A stretch of DNA of 64,000 nucleotides, from the NCBI GenBank assembly GCA_013204545.1, contig JABMNN010000046.1, positions 11,724 to 75,723 on the forward strand. Direction: 5' to 3'. Of this stretch, positions 29,356 to 41,378 are shown piece by piece. This DNA is from Chloroflexota bacterium. GTDB lineage: Bacteria; Chloroflexota; Dehalococcoidia; Lucifugimonadales; Lucifugimonadaceae. A program made the translations under genes and the position numbers. A model generated the notes under the pieces. The model worked only from the letters and a program-made list of their open reading frames with translations, had not been told where the DNA came from and did no database searches. The stretch's first letter is position 1. Each line of letters starts with the position of its first letter.

Positions 29356-30915
29356 ATGACCGACCAAGATCAACAAGAACAGCCGAATCAAAAAGAAACG
29401 GCAGTGGGCGAACAAAAGCTCATTGAAGATCGTCTTACCAAAACAGCGCAGATTCGGGCTAAGGGAATAGACCCATATCCGCCTCGATACGATCGCACTC
29501 ACACTTCAGATGAGGCGACAAAGCTGTTTGAGTACGCCGAGATTATGGCAAGCAACGTTGGTGGTGAAGCTGCTGAACATCCACGTACAGAAACCATCCG
29601 AGTCGCAGGACGTGTGATGGCTCGGCGTGGAATGGGTAAGGCTGCATTTATCGACCTGAAAGATGGTTACGGCAGGATTCAAGCGTTCGCACGACAGAAC
29701 ACGATGGGCGACGAAGCGTACGAGATCGTGAACTTACTGGATATTGGCGACATCATTGGTGTCGAAGGTCAGGTAATTCGTACCCGGCGTGGCGAGATCA
29801 GTGTGGAAGCTGCCAAAGTGACGGTGCTGACCAAGGCGATTCGCCCCTTGCCAGACAAATGGCACGGTTTGCAGGATCAGGAGATTCGATTCCGACAGCG
29901 TTATCTAGATCTGATTTCGAACGACAAGGCAATGAGTAATGCCTTGCTCCGGTCGAAAATAGTCCAGTCGATGCGATCGTTCATGCACGGTCGAGGGTTT
30001 ATAGAGGTCGAAACGCCGATTCTGGTCCCTGTTGCCGCCGGCGCTCAGGCGACTCCGTTTCAGACCCATCACAATCAGCTCGATCGTGATTTGTATCTGC
30101 GAATTGCCACTGAGCTTTATTTGAAAAAGCTGATCGTGGGCGGCATAGAGCGAGTTTTCGAAATCGGTCGACTGTTCCGGAATGAGGGACTCGATCATGA
30201 CCATAATCCAGAGTTCACGACCATAGAGAGTTATCAGGCTTACGCCGACTACAACGATGTGATGGAGATGGTCGAGAACATGGTGGCGCAGATAGCGAAG
30301 GAAACGACCGGCTCTATGATCCTGCCGGAGGTTGAAGGCATTCGACCCGAGATCAATCTCACACCGCCGTGGCCACGACTTGATCTTCGCCAAGAAATAA
30401 AGACCCGAACAGGAATCGATTTTGTCGATACACGTGATACTGAGTCACTTGCTGTTGCAATGCACGAACGAGGAATTCACGTTGAAGTAGGTTCTGCTTG
30501 GGGACGTTTGCTCGATAAAGTCATCTCATCCGAAATTGAACCTCACCTCATTCAGCCGCATTTTCTGGTCGACTACCCGGTCGAAATGTCGCCACTTGCC
30601 AAGCGTAAACCCGACTCAGATGAGATAGTCGAACGCTTCGAGGCATTTGTGATGGGAACAGAACTAGCGAACGCTTTCACCGAACTTAACGATCCGGTCG
30701 ATCAACGCGAGAGATTTGAGCAGCAAGAGCGAATGCGTGAGCAATTCAACGATGATGAAGCCGATCGACTTGATGAAGATTTCTTGATCGCCATCGAGCA
30801 CGGAATGCCGCCGACTGGCGGGCTAGGACTCGGGATTGATAGGCTTACGATGTTGATCGCTGGTGAGTCCTCGATTCGCGAAATCCTGCTATTCCCGGCG
30901 ATGCGTAATACATGA
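29356..30915 (+). CDS. lysS: Lysyl-tRNA synthetase, class II
   Basis: 519-aa ORF with an OB-fold N-domain and class II motifs (FRNEG, GGLGLGIDRL). Confidence 0.95.
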   Translation: MTDQDQQEQPNQKETAVGEQKLIEDRLTKTAQIRAKGIDPYPPRYDRTHTSDEATKLFEYAEIMASNVGGEAAEHPRTETIRVAGRVMARRGMGKAAFIDLKDGYGRIQAFARQNTMGDEAYEIVNLLDIGDIIGVEGQVIRTRRGEISVEAAKVTVLTKAIRPLPDKWHGLQDQEIRFRQRYLDLISNDKAMSNALLRSKIVQSMRSFMHGRGFIEVETPILVPVAAGAQATPFQTHHNQLDRDLYLRIATELYLKKLIVGGIERVFEIGRLFRNEGLDHDHNPEFTTIESYQAYADYNDVMEMVENMVAQIAKETTGSMILPEVEGIRPEINLTPPWPRLDLRQEIKTRTGIDFVDTRDTESLAVAMHERGIHVEVGSAWGRLLDKVISSEIEPHLIQPHFLVDYPVEMSPLAKRKPDSDEIVERFEAFVMGTELANAFTELNDPVDQRERFEQQERMREQFNDDEADRLDEDFLIAIEHGMPPTGGLGLGIDRLTMLIAGESSIREILLFPAMRNT

Positions 30916-30966
30916 TCTAATCGAATTCAAACTAAGTCGCTGTAACAACGTAGTTCAGAGTTAAAA

Positions 30967-32229
30967 ATGCTTTCACTGGAACAGATAGTCCGAGATCCTG
31001 AGAAATTCCGAGCCGCCCTGGTTCGTCGCGGTGAAGCCCCCCCAATTGAAAGGATTTTGGAGCTAGATTCTCGAAGAAAACAGTTGATCCAAAACGCCGA
31101 CATTGATCGTGCTAACCGCAACAAAGTTAGTAAGGCGATCGGTGATGAAAAGCGAAAGCCGACGCCCGATGAGATTACGGAGATGCGAGAGACCGGCGAC
31201 CGCATCAAAGGGGTTGAAGCTGAACTGTCAGCTGTACTTGAAGAGCTAGATGCAATCCTGCTCCCAATTCCTAACACGCCTTTGGAAGATGTTCCGGATG
31301 GACTCGACGAAACTTCTAACGTTGTAATCCGCACTTCTGAAGGTGAAACGTCAGAGCACGGTAATGCCCACTGGGACGTTGCTACAAAACTCGGAATTCT
31401 CGATTTAGAAGCGGGTGCAAGCATCGCCGGTGCTCGATTTTTCGTGTTGAAAGGCAAAGGTGCGCGACTCCAACGTGCACTTGCCGCCTGGATGCTAGAT
31501 GTTCAGACCGATGAACATGGGTACACCGAAATTGACCCGCCACTGTTGGTCCGTGGAGAAACGATGACCGGTTCAGGCAACCTGCCAAAGTTCAAAGACA
31601 ATCTGTACAGAGACAGTGAATCAGATTTGTGGTTGGTGCCGACAGCTGAAGTAGCGCTGAACGGTTTGCATCAAGGTCAGATCATCGATGCTGGTGTTCT
31701 GCCAATGAAGTACGTCGCGCAAACTCCGAGCTTTCGAAAAGAGCACACATCGGCGGGTCGCGATGTTCGTGGGATCAAGCGAGTTCACCAGTTTGAAAAA
31801 GTCGAGATGTTCCGCTACGTAGAACCGGATACTTCAGTTGAGGCACTTGAAGAAATGGTCGCTGAGGCGGAAACGCTCTGTCAGCGACTGGGATTGATCT
31901 ACCGAGTACTGAAGCTGTGTGCTGGCGATATTGGATTTCAGTCTGCCAAAACGTACGACATTGAGGTTTGGTCACCAGGTTGTGCCGAGTGGCTAGAAGT
32001 TAGTTCGATTTCAACTTGCACAGACTTTCAAACACGTCGTAACGGCACTCGATACCGACCAGAGGTTGGTGCTTCAACTAGGCTCCCACATACGCTGAAT
32101 GGATCGGGACTGGCTCTGCCTCGTATTTGGATTGCGGTGATCGAGAATGGCCTCCAAGAAGATGGTTCAGTGATCATTCCTGATGTTCTAGTGCCATACA
32201 CCGGCTGGAACCGCATCGAGGCTTCTTAA
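30967..32229 (+). CDS. serS: Seryl-tRNA synthetase
   Basis: 420-aa ORF with an N-terminal coiled-coil arm and class II motifs (FRKE, NGSGLALPR). Confidence 0.95.
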   Translation: MLSLEQIVRDPEKFRAALVRRGEAPPIERILELDSRRKQLIQNADIDRANRNKVSKAIGDEKRKPTPDEITEMRETGDRIKGVEAELSAVLEELDAILLPIPNTPLEDVPDGLDETSNVVIRTSEGETSEHGNAHWDVATKLGILDLEAGASIAGARFFVLKGKGARLQRALAAWMLDVQTDEHGYTEIDPPLLVRGETMTGSGNLPKFKDNLYRDSESDLWLVPTAEVALNGLHQGQIIDAGVLPMKYVAQTPSFRKEHTSAGRDVRGIKRVHQFEKVEMFRYVEPDTSVEALEEMVAEAETLCQRLGLIYRVLKLCAGDIGFQSAKTYDIEVWSPGCAEWLEVSSISTCTDFQTRRNGTRYRPEVGASTRLPHTLNGSGLALPRIWIAVIENGLQEDGSVIIPDVLVPYTGWNRIEAS

Positions 32230-32360
32230 CACCGGTGGATCATCGATTCGTTAGCAAGATAGTGACGTATTACTGGTATCGAAAACCGAACGGTGCATGC
32301 TTGGATATGCCAATCTGCATTCATTTCCGAAAACATCGATAGCTATTCACAGGGCGACGT

Positions 32361-33350
32361 ATGAATTATCGAAAACTGGGCAATACGGGACTAGACATTT
32401 CCGAAATTATTTTCGGCGGTGGTGCCGTCGGCGGAATTTTAATCGACGCAGATGATGACACTCGACGTAAAGCTGTGCGGATAGCGTTGAACGCTGGGAT
32501 CAATTGGATCGACACAGCCGCAAGTTATGGCAACGGGCTTTCTGAGACCGCTATCGGCTGGTTGATGAAAGAATTGCCGGAAAATGATCGTCCTTATATC
32601 TCAACAAAAACAGCGTTTGACCGTGCTGCGGGTGATTACGTCGGGCAGGCTGAGAAGGCACTCACCGCGAGCCTCGAACGTCTACAGATGGACAGCATCG
32701 ATCTCTATCAGATTCACAATAGAATTGCCGCTTCGCCCGATACGATCACTAACGGTATAACTCCGGACGATCTACTCCATTCAGGCGGGATCGCTGATGC
32801 CATGCAGGCGATGGTCGACAAGGGTTTAACTCGGCATGTCGGGTTCACATCGACCGGCGAAGCCGAACCGCTGCACGAGGTAATCGCAAGCCAGCGATTT
32901 TCTTGCGCTCAGATTTACTACAACCTGTTGAACCCTTCAGCGGGCAGAGTTATGCGACACAACTGGTCGGCGTATGACCACAAGAACATCATTGCTGCGT
33001 GTGCAAATAATCAAATTGGAGTGCTGGTGATTCGGGTTCTTGCAGCTGGCGTCATTGCCACCGATGTCAGGACAGGGCGTGAGGGTGGTGTTGCACTCAA
33101 TAACGATGTCGAGTCCGATGTTCAGCGAATGAAAAAGGTCCTGCCGTTACTTAAACCAGAGCATGGTGCACGTTCTCAGGTGGCAGTTCGGTACGCGCTC
33201 CGTAACCCAGGAGTATCTGGTGTTGAGGTCGGAATGGCGGAGCTAGAACATCTCGAACTGGCGATCAGAGCCGCCGAGATGGGGTCCTTGCCTGATGCTC
33301 TTCTGAGCGAACTCGACGATCTAGCCGATGCTAATTTCGGCATCAGCTGA
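32361..33350 (+). CDS. Aldo/keto reductase
   Basis: 329-aa ORF with MNYRKLGNTGLDISEI, IDTAASYGNG and DLYQIHN. Confidence 0.85.
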   Translation: MNYRKLGNTGLDISEIIFGGGAVGGILIDADDDTRRKAVRIALNAGINWIDTAASYGNGLSETAIGWLMKELPENDRPYISTKTAFDRAAGDYVGQAEKALTASLERLQMDSIDLYQIHNRIAASPDTITNGITPDDLLHSGGIADAMQAMVDKGLTRHVGFTSTGEAEPLHEVIASQRFSCAQIYYNLLNPSAGRVMRHNWSAYDHKNIIAACANNQIGVLVIRVLAAGVIATDVRTGREGGVALNNDVESDVQRMKKVLPLLKPEHGARSQVAVRYALRNPGVSGVEVGMAELEHLELAIRAAEMGSLPDALLSELDDLADANFGIS

Positions 33351-33365
33351 TCATTGGGGGCTTTC

Positions 33366-34463
33366 TTACGCAATCGGACCTTTGTACGTTCCGTCGAACG
33401 TTGATCGTATGTATTGGTCCTGCCAGCCCGTTGCTGCGCCATCGAGATGTGCCTGAGCATACAGTGGCCAGTATGGATTCCTGAGTAGTTCGCGCCCAAC
33501 GAAAATGGCGTCAGCTTGCTCGTCGACGAGAATTGCCTCCGCCTGTTCGGCTTCGGTAATTAACCCCACAGCCCCAGTGAGAATTCCAGTTCTTTCGCGA
33601 ATTTCCGCAGCGAACGAAACTTGGTAATTGGGCTCTGCAGTCATTTGCTGTGCAGGGGAGTTGCCACCTGACGAGCAGTCGACCAAATCAACCCCGGCGT
33701 CTTTCATCCATTTGGTCAATTGGATCGACTGTTCGATGTCCCAGCCGCCTTCGACGTATTCGGTAGCAGAAATCCGAGCAAACAAGGGTACCGAATCCGG
33801 TATGGCACCCCGCACCGATTTGATTATGTCCAACGAAAATTTAGCTCGGTTTTCGAGCGATCCGCCGTACTCGTCTGTCCTACGATTAGAAAGAGGCGAC
33901 AAGAATTCGCATCCTAGATAACCGTGAGCTAGATGAAGTTCAAGAACTCTGTACCCGGCATCAACAGACCGTACCGCAGAGTCAGTAAATGCACTCACGA
34001 TGTCGGAGATTTCTTCTTTTGAAAGCTCTTCAGGCATTCCTGATTTTTCATCGTACGGAAGCGCGCTCGGAGCAACTGGAATCCATCCCTCGCCATCTTC
34101 ACCGAGATAACCGGTTCCAATCCACGGAGCAGCGTGCGCTGCCTTTCGACCTGCATGAGCTAATTGAACAGCTGGAACAGAGCCCTGCGAGGAAATGAAC
34201 GCGGTTATAGGTCGGAGCGCATCTACGTGAGCATCTGACCAAATACCCTGATCCCACTGTGAAATCCTGCCTTCGGGCCGGACAGCGGTTGCTTCTGCCA
34301 TGACCATACCTGCACCACCGGAAGCCCTAGAACCAAGATGAACCATGTGCCAATCGGTAGCAAGCCCATCGGTCTTGCTCGAATACTGGCACATGGGTGA
34401 AACGAATACGCGGTTCGGAATAGTCTCACCTCGGATTGTGAGAGGACTAAATAACTTGCTAAT
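33366..34463 (-). CDS. namA: NADPH:flavin oxidoreductase, Old Yellow Enzyme (YqjM/NamA type), probable ATT start
   Basis: SPMCQYS motif and conserved HLAHGY. The frame extended upstream gives (I)SKLFSPLTIRGETIPNRVFVSPMCQYS, the canonical family N-terminus. A GGAG lies 8 nt before ATT 34461..34463, and there is no ATG/GTG/TTG in the open stretch. Confidence 0.85.
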   Translation of the reverse strand: MSKLFSPLTIRGETIPNRVFVSPMCQYSSKTDGLATDWHMVHLGSRASGGAGMVMAEATAVRPEGRISQWDQGIWSDAHVDALRPITAFISSQGSVPAVQLAHAGRKAAHAAPWIGTGYLGEDGEGWIPVAPSALPYDEKSGMPEELSKEEISDIVSAFTDSAVRSVDAGYRVLELHLAHGYLGCEFLSPLSNRRTDEYGGSLENRAKFSLDIIKSVRGAIPDSVPLFARISATEYVEGGWDIEQSIQLTKWMKDAGVDLVDCSSGGNSPAQQMTAEPNYQVSFAAEIRERTGILTGAVGLITEAEQAEAILVDEQADAIFVGRELLRNPYWPLYAQAHLDGAATGWQDQYIRSTFDGTYKGPIA

Positions 34464-34512
34464 CGTGATTGCTCCAGATTTAAATAAACTGACAAGACTA
34501 GGAATTCAGCAT

Positions 34513-36660
34513 CTAAGGATAGATGCTTAAAGTGTAGTCCGTAGGCAAAGTAGATTGACGGGTGACTGCGCTAATCACTACGACGATCAAATCATCGTCG
34601 CCTACGCCCTCAACGGTTAGGCTTCCCACTGCATCGGTTCCAATTGGAATTTTGTATATAACCGGATCACCAGCATCTTTTTCATGAATGACTTGGACGA
34701 GGTACTGCGTGGGGATGGTCTCTTCTACTCGAACGAAACCGTTCGTAACCCAGTCGCCCGATGATGAAGTATCGTCCGTCCAATCGAGCTCAGGGATTTC
34801 AAAATCGTCGAAGCAAGCACCTTTTGAGAACACAGCATCGTCAGTGATGTACTCAAACCGTAGTAGGATCTGTCGACCGGCGTACTGCGATAGATCTGCG
34901 GAATCCTGAACCCAACCGAGGCTAGTTCCTGTCAGTCCTGCGCCATAGGAATTTCCGTTTGGATTGTCGTTGATAGCCCGCTCAGTATCGAGAATGTCCC
35001 AAGTTTCGCCATCGTCAGTTGAGACCATGGCGTACCCATAATCCCAAAACTTTTCGATTTCGTAGTTCACCCAGTACTTCAACGTTGCAGAACTAATCGA
35101 ACGGAGATCGACAATACGCGTGAGGGTCGAATCTATCGAATCGCCGTGATTCGACCACCAACAGTTATCGCCTGAGTGCGGTGCTGCGTTCAGGAGAGAC
35201 GTCTCTGGTTCTCCTCGAAAATCAATGGTCATTCGACCTGACCCACTAGAGGTCACAACATAGTCGGCACCAAACGACTTAACTGCTCCTGAGAGTGAAT
35301 CTGGCGCTCTTTTATAGATATTTCTTACCGGAGGTACGTATTGGTCTTTGTAAGAGTACGGTCCCTCACTAGTACTCAAATAGTTAGCGACTAGCCAATC
35401 GGCAAACACATCATCTGCCGTGACATCGAAACCCCGTTCAGTGAGGGTGCTATCGATCGACTCAATACCGTCCTCTTGGTTTTGCGCAATTGCAGACAGC
35501 ATTTCGTTGCCGCCGTAATGTGCAGCTATGAATGCGAAAAACAGATTTGCGGCGCCGTAATTTGCTGCTGATACTGTGATGTCTTGAGCCCACGCTGTGA
35601 GAGAAGTCGCGGGGGCGCGAACAAAAGCCGATGCCGCCGATCTAGCGAAGCCGGCAATTTCGGCTGAAACTTCCGATAGACCTTCGTTGACCCAGGAATC
35701 TTCGCTGCTGTCGGTCGCAAAGTGTGTGGCGTGTTGTAATTCGTGGGCGATCACGCTCAGATATTCAGTGCTGGTGAGACCGACTCGATTGGCCGACATG
35801 TACAGGGCTTCACGCTGGTTTGAGTGTGGGCGAATTTTGCTTGGGTACGAGTCTGCCGCGGAGAAGTATCCGGCAACACCCGTGCGGAGGACGCTGGTGT
35901 AGACTACCATCCGGTCGTCGCCGTCGATTCCAGGCGTTATTGGCAATCCGAATACACTGGTGACTGCTGGCCAAACATTTGTTTCGAAATTATTTGCCAC
36001 TGTCTCAATGTCGGCTGGTTCCGGTTCATATCCGTGTTCGAACACCCAGTAAACGTGATCGGAAATGTGTGAAACTTCCCCACTCGCAAGGATGTTTCCA
36101 CCGTCTCGTGATACCCAGAAATCCACCTGCTTACCGAGCGTGAGAGGTTCCAATGGAAGAATGGTTGTGTGCTCGGAGTAGCCAGCGACTAATCTTCTCC
36201 CAAGCTCCTGAAGATCACGGTCGGGTGGTGTTGGAATTTCAGGCTCAGCGAGTGCGGGTGTGAAAGTGGGTTTTGTTGTTGCTGTGGGGTTTGTTTGCTT
36301 TGCAAGCGTGGGAGTTTCAGCGAGCGCCGTCCCAAATTGAGTAGGAACGGCAACTTCGGTTTCGATCGGTGATGATGTTGGGGCCGGAACTGGCGATACG
36401 GTGGGGGGTGTCGCGGTCGGATCAGAACCCTGAGGTGTTGGTGATCCTTCGGCATCGAAAGTAGTTGGCGTCACCTGAGCAGGTTGAACAGACGGTGAAG
36501 ATTGCGGGGAAGGATCTTGTTGACCATCAGCCGGATGGTCGGTCTGCTGGCATGCAATAGAGAGTAGTGCAAGGCTCCCTAAAATAGCCAAAGCAACAGA
36601 CCTGATTAGTGCAACTGGGATTCCAGATAGTTGATTTGATAAAATGGATCGAGGCATCAA
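34513..36660 (-). CDS. Secreted/lipoprotein gluzincin metallopeptidase with a Pro/Thr-rich linker
   Basis: 715-aa ORF. Signal peptide ending LLSIAC, a ~110-aa P/T/S-rich low-complexity linker, and HELQH followed by WVNEGLSE (the HExxH...NEG gluzincin pattern). Confidence 0.75.
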   Translation of the reverse strand: MMPRSILSNQLSGIPVALIRSVALAILGSLALLSIACQQTDHPADGQQDPSPQSSPSVQPAQVTPTTFDAEGSPTPQGSDPTATPPTVSPVPAPTSSPIETEVAVPTQFGTALAETPTLAKQTNPTATTKPTFTPALAEPEIPTPPDRDLQELGRRLVAGYSEHTTILPLEPLTLGKQVDFWVSRDGGNILASGEVSHISDHVYWVFEHGYEPEPADIETVANNFETNVWPAVTSVFGLPITPGIDGDDRMVVYTSVLRTGVAGYFSAADSYPSKIRPHSNQREALYMSANRVGLTSTEYLSVIAHELQHATHFATDSSEDSWVNEGLSEVSAEIAGFARSAASAFVRAPATSLTAWAQDITVSAANYGAANLFFAFIAAHYGGNEMLSAIAQNQEDGIESIDSTLTERGFDVTADDVFADWLVANYLSTSEGPYSYKDQYVPPVRNIYKRAPDSLSGAVKSFGADYVVTSSGSGRMTIDFRGEPETSLLNAAPHSGDNCWWSNHGDSIDSTLTRIVDLRSISSATLKYWVNYEIEKFWDYGYAMVSTDDGETWDILDTERAINDNPNGNSYGAGLTGTSLGWVQDSADLSQYAGRQILLRFEYITDDAVFSKGACFDDFEIPELDWTDDTSSSGDWVTNGFVRVEETIPTQYLVQVIHEKDAGDPVIYKIPIGTDAVGSLTVEGVGDDDLIVVVISAVTRQSTLPTDYTLSIYP

Positions 36661-37313
36661 TTTGGGTTTTGTGCTTCACCACTGCCCTTGGCGTTAAACA
36701 TATTCATAGCGTTATCAAAATCACCGCTGACTATCATCGTTATTGCGTCGGCCGCCATATTTGCAGCCGATCTCACGAGGTCTCGGGATTCAGGATCGAA
36801 TGTTCCTAGTACGTGATCGACTTGGTCGGCAGATGTGTCAGGAATTCCGACCCCGATTCTCACTCGAGGGAATTCGTTGGTGCCCAACGACGTGATTATC
36901 GATTTGAGTCCGTTGTGCCCGCCGGGACCACCCTGTTTTCTGATACGTAAGGAGCCGGGTTTGAGGTTTATGTCGTCGGTGACAACAAGGATTTTCTCAG
37001 GAGTGGTTTTGAATCGATTGGTTAGATAACTGAGTGCCATCCCCGAATGGTTCATGAAAGTGCGAGGGTAGGCGAGAACTGTTGGCGATCCTCCTAATTC
37101 AACTTCAGCAAATCGTAGTTCTTTACGTTTGCGGTTTAGTTCTGCATCTGTGCGTTTGACCAGTTCGTCCATGCACCACCAACCGACGTTGTGGCGCGTG
37201 TTTTTGTACTCGGCACCTGGGTTGCCGAGTCCGACAACGATCCACGGTGAACCTTCCGATCCACCGCCATTGCCGCTAGGAAACAGCTTGTCTAAAAGTG
37301 AGGAGACGTCCAA
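36657..37313 (-). CDS. pth: Peptidyl-tRNA hydrolase
   Basis: Motifs VGLGNPGAEYKNTRHNVG and GGHNGLKS. TTG start, and a 4-nt ATGA overlap with the downstream peptidase gene. Confidence 0.9.
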   Translation of the reverse strand: MDVSSLLDKLFPSGNGGGSEGSPWIVVGLGNPGAEYKNTRHNVGWWCMDELVKRTDAELNRKRKELRFAEVELGGSPTVLAYPRTFMNHSGMALSYLTNRFKTTPEKILVVTDDINLKPGSLRIRKQGGPGGHNGLKSIITSLGTNEFPRVRIGVGIPDTSADQVDHVLGTFDPESRDLVRSAANMAADAITMIVSGDFDNAMNMFNAKGSGEAQNPN

Positions 37314-37735
37314 TCGTTTATATTTCCGTTTGATCCACTTGGCCTGCCAAACAATTCGTTTAGAAAGGATATGACCTTATCGTCGAAAACGTTCGCGAGG
37401 TCAGACAAATCTCCAGCGGAATTGAGCCTGAATAGACTCATGAGCTTGTCGGTATTTTTGCGATTCCATCACCAATGTAGCGACAATTGACGCCAATCGA
37501 TCACGATATCCATTGAATCGTCGATCTATCGTGGGAATGATATCGGTGACGTCGGTGTGATTGGGTGGCTGCCCGAGCCCACCGCCACAATTTAGACGGG
37601 CTGAGGCTTTCCAGCGAGGTCTGAGGCGAACGAAAATCGCACAGAATTGACCTGTGTTGACGGATTTGCGAACGAAACCAATACGAAGATATCCAACAGC
37701 ATTTGAGGTCGCCGATGGACTCAACGTTATCGGCT

Positions 37736-39856
<2,121 letters not shown>

Positions 39857-40082
39857 CTACCAACATGGGATTCTAAACCCATAATCACTTATTGAAATTC
39901 ATGCTCGAAAAGTGGTGTGCCGAGTATAACAACGTCACATAAATTCAACTCGCCCAGAATATTCTGAACTAATGTTTAGAATGACTGCACTGAGCGAACA
40001 GATAGCCGGTAATACTAGGTCTATACTCGTTCGTCTATTCGCACCGGATAATACGTAGTAATACACTAATCTCGTAATCGAT

Positions 40083-41378
40083 ATGGCAGAAATTCAGCCT
40101 TTCAGGGCAGTACGTTACAACCCAGATGTAGCAGGCGATGTGAGTCTTCACATTTGCCCGCCGTTCGACGTGATCACGCCACAGCTGCAGCAAGAGTTAT
40201 ATGACCGTTCACCCTACAACATCGTCCGGCTGGAACTGGCACGACGTGGGCTCTCATCTGATCCATACGAACTAGCAGCTGAAACTGCTCAGGTTTGGAC
40301 CGAATCGGGTGTGCTTAAGCATGAAGAAGCTCCTTCGATTTATGTGACCGAAGAGGAGTTCGAATATCAAGGTCAGAAACTGTTAAGACGCGGATTTGTC
40401 GCAGCGGTAAGGCTCGAGGACTACGACAAAAAAGTCATTCTCCCGCACGAAGGTACTCGTTCCGAATGGGTTGCCGATCGTGTGAAACTGATGGGCGTGG
40501 CGCAGTCGAATTATAGCCCGTTACTTGTGATTTATCGAGATGATCTGATATCGAGCGTAGGCAATTTAGTTCGGGCGATAGCGGGTGGTAAACCCACAGC
40601 TGTATTCACTCCTCCCGACATGCCACAGTTGCGACTCTGGCGGGTATCTGACCCCGGAACGATCCATGTACTTCAAGATGCTTTGAAGAACTCCGAAATA
40701 TTCATTGCTGACGGGCACCATCGTTATGAGGCAGCGCTCCGCTATCGGGGGAGTGTGCGGGCTGAGCGTGAAGTAGGTCATGACGAATCGATCAACTTCC
40801 GGATGATGCTTATGGTTTCGTTCGATGAGCCGGGTCTGATCACTCGTGGCTATCATCGGCTCATCGAATCGCCTACTGAGGTCGAATTCGCAGCGATCGT
40901 GAAGTCGATAGAAACTACTTGCGATCTGGAAGAGTGGACCCCTGACCGAGGTCTATCGACGGCTGACCAAATTGAAGAATTTTCAGTGGCTCTGGGTGAA
41001 CGACAAGGTGATGAAGTTACTTTTGGCCTGTTTTCAAAGGAGCCGGGTAAGTTCCATATCGCTCGAATGAAATCCCCCCCTCCAGCTGAGAATGCCCTCG
41101 ACAACTCTGAGTATTCTCAACTGCACTCGCACATCATTCGGCCGGCAATCCCAGCGGAACGGGAAGAACAGGTTATTAGCCCTCACCATGATGCCGGGCT
41201 AATCGCCCGCCAGATCGAAAGCGGTGCTGCTCGAATGGCGTTCATCATGCGACCAGTGCCGCTCAGAGAGTTCGTTGCGATAGTAACCCGCGGTTGGCGA
41301 TTACCAGCCAAGGCAACGAATTTTTACCCGAAGCCACCCGCAGGGGCAGTTATTCAAAGATTTGGTGACCAGCTCTAG
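40083..41378 (+). CDS. DUF1015-family protein
   Basis: 431-aa ORF with the N-terminal IQPFRAVRYNP and the central IADGHHRYEAAL. The family assignment is from memory. Confidence 0.75.
   Translation: MAEIQPFRAVRYNPDVAGDVSLHICPPFDVITPQLQQELYDRSPYNIVRLELARRGLSSDPYELAAETAQVWTESGVLKHEEAPSIYVTEEEFEYQGQKLLRRGFVAAVRLEDYDKKVILPHEGTRSEWVADRVKLMGVAQSNYSPLLVIYRDDLISSVGNLVRAIAGGKPTAVFTPPDMPQLRLWRVSDPGTIHVLQDALKNSEIFIADGHHRYEAALRYRGSVRAEREVGHDESINFRMMLMVSFDEPGLITRGYHRLIESPTEVEFAAIVKSIETTCDLEEWTPDRGLSTADQIEEFSVALGERQGDEVTFGLFSKEPGKFHIARMKSPPPAENALDNSEYSQLHSHIIRPAIPAEREEQVISPHHDAGLIARQIESGAARMAFIMRPVPLREFVAIVTRGWRLPAKATNFYPKPPAGAVIQRFGDQL

Noticed and set aside
30927-31457. 176-aa minus-strand ORF.
   Set aside because: It is antisense to serS. 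It is a Ser/Ala/Arg-rich shadow frame.
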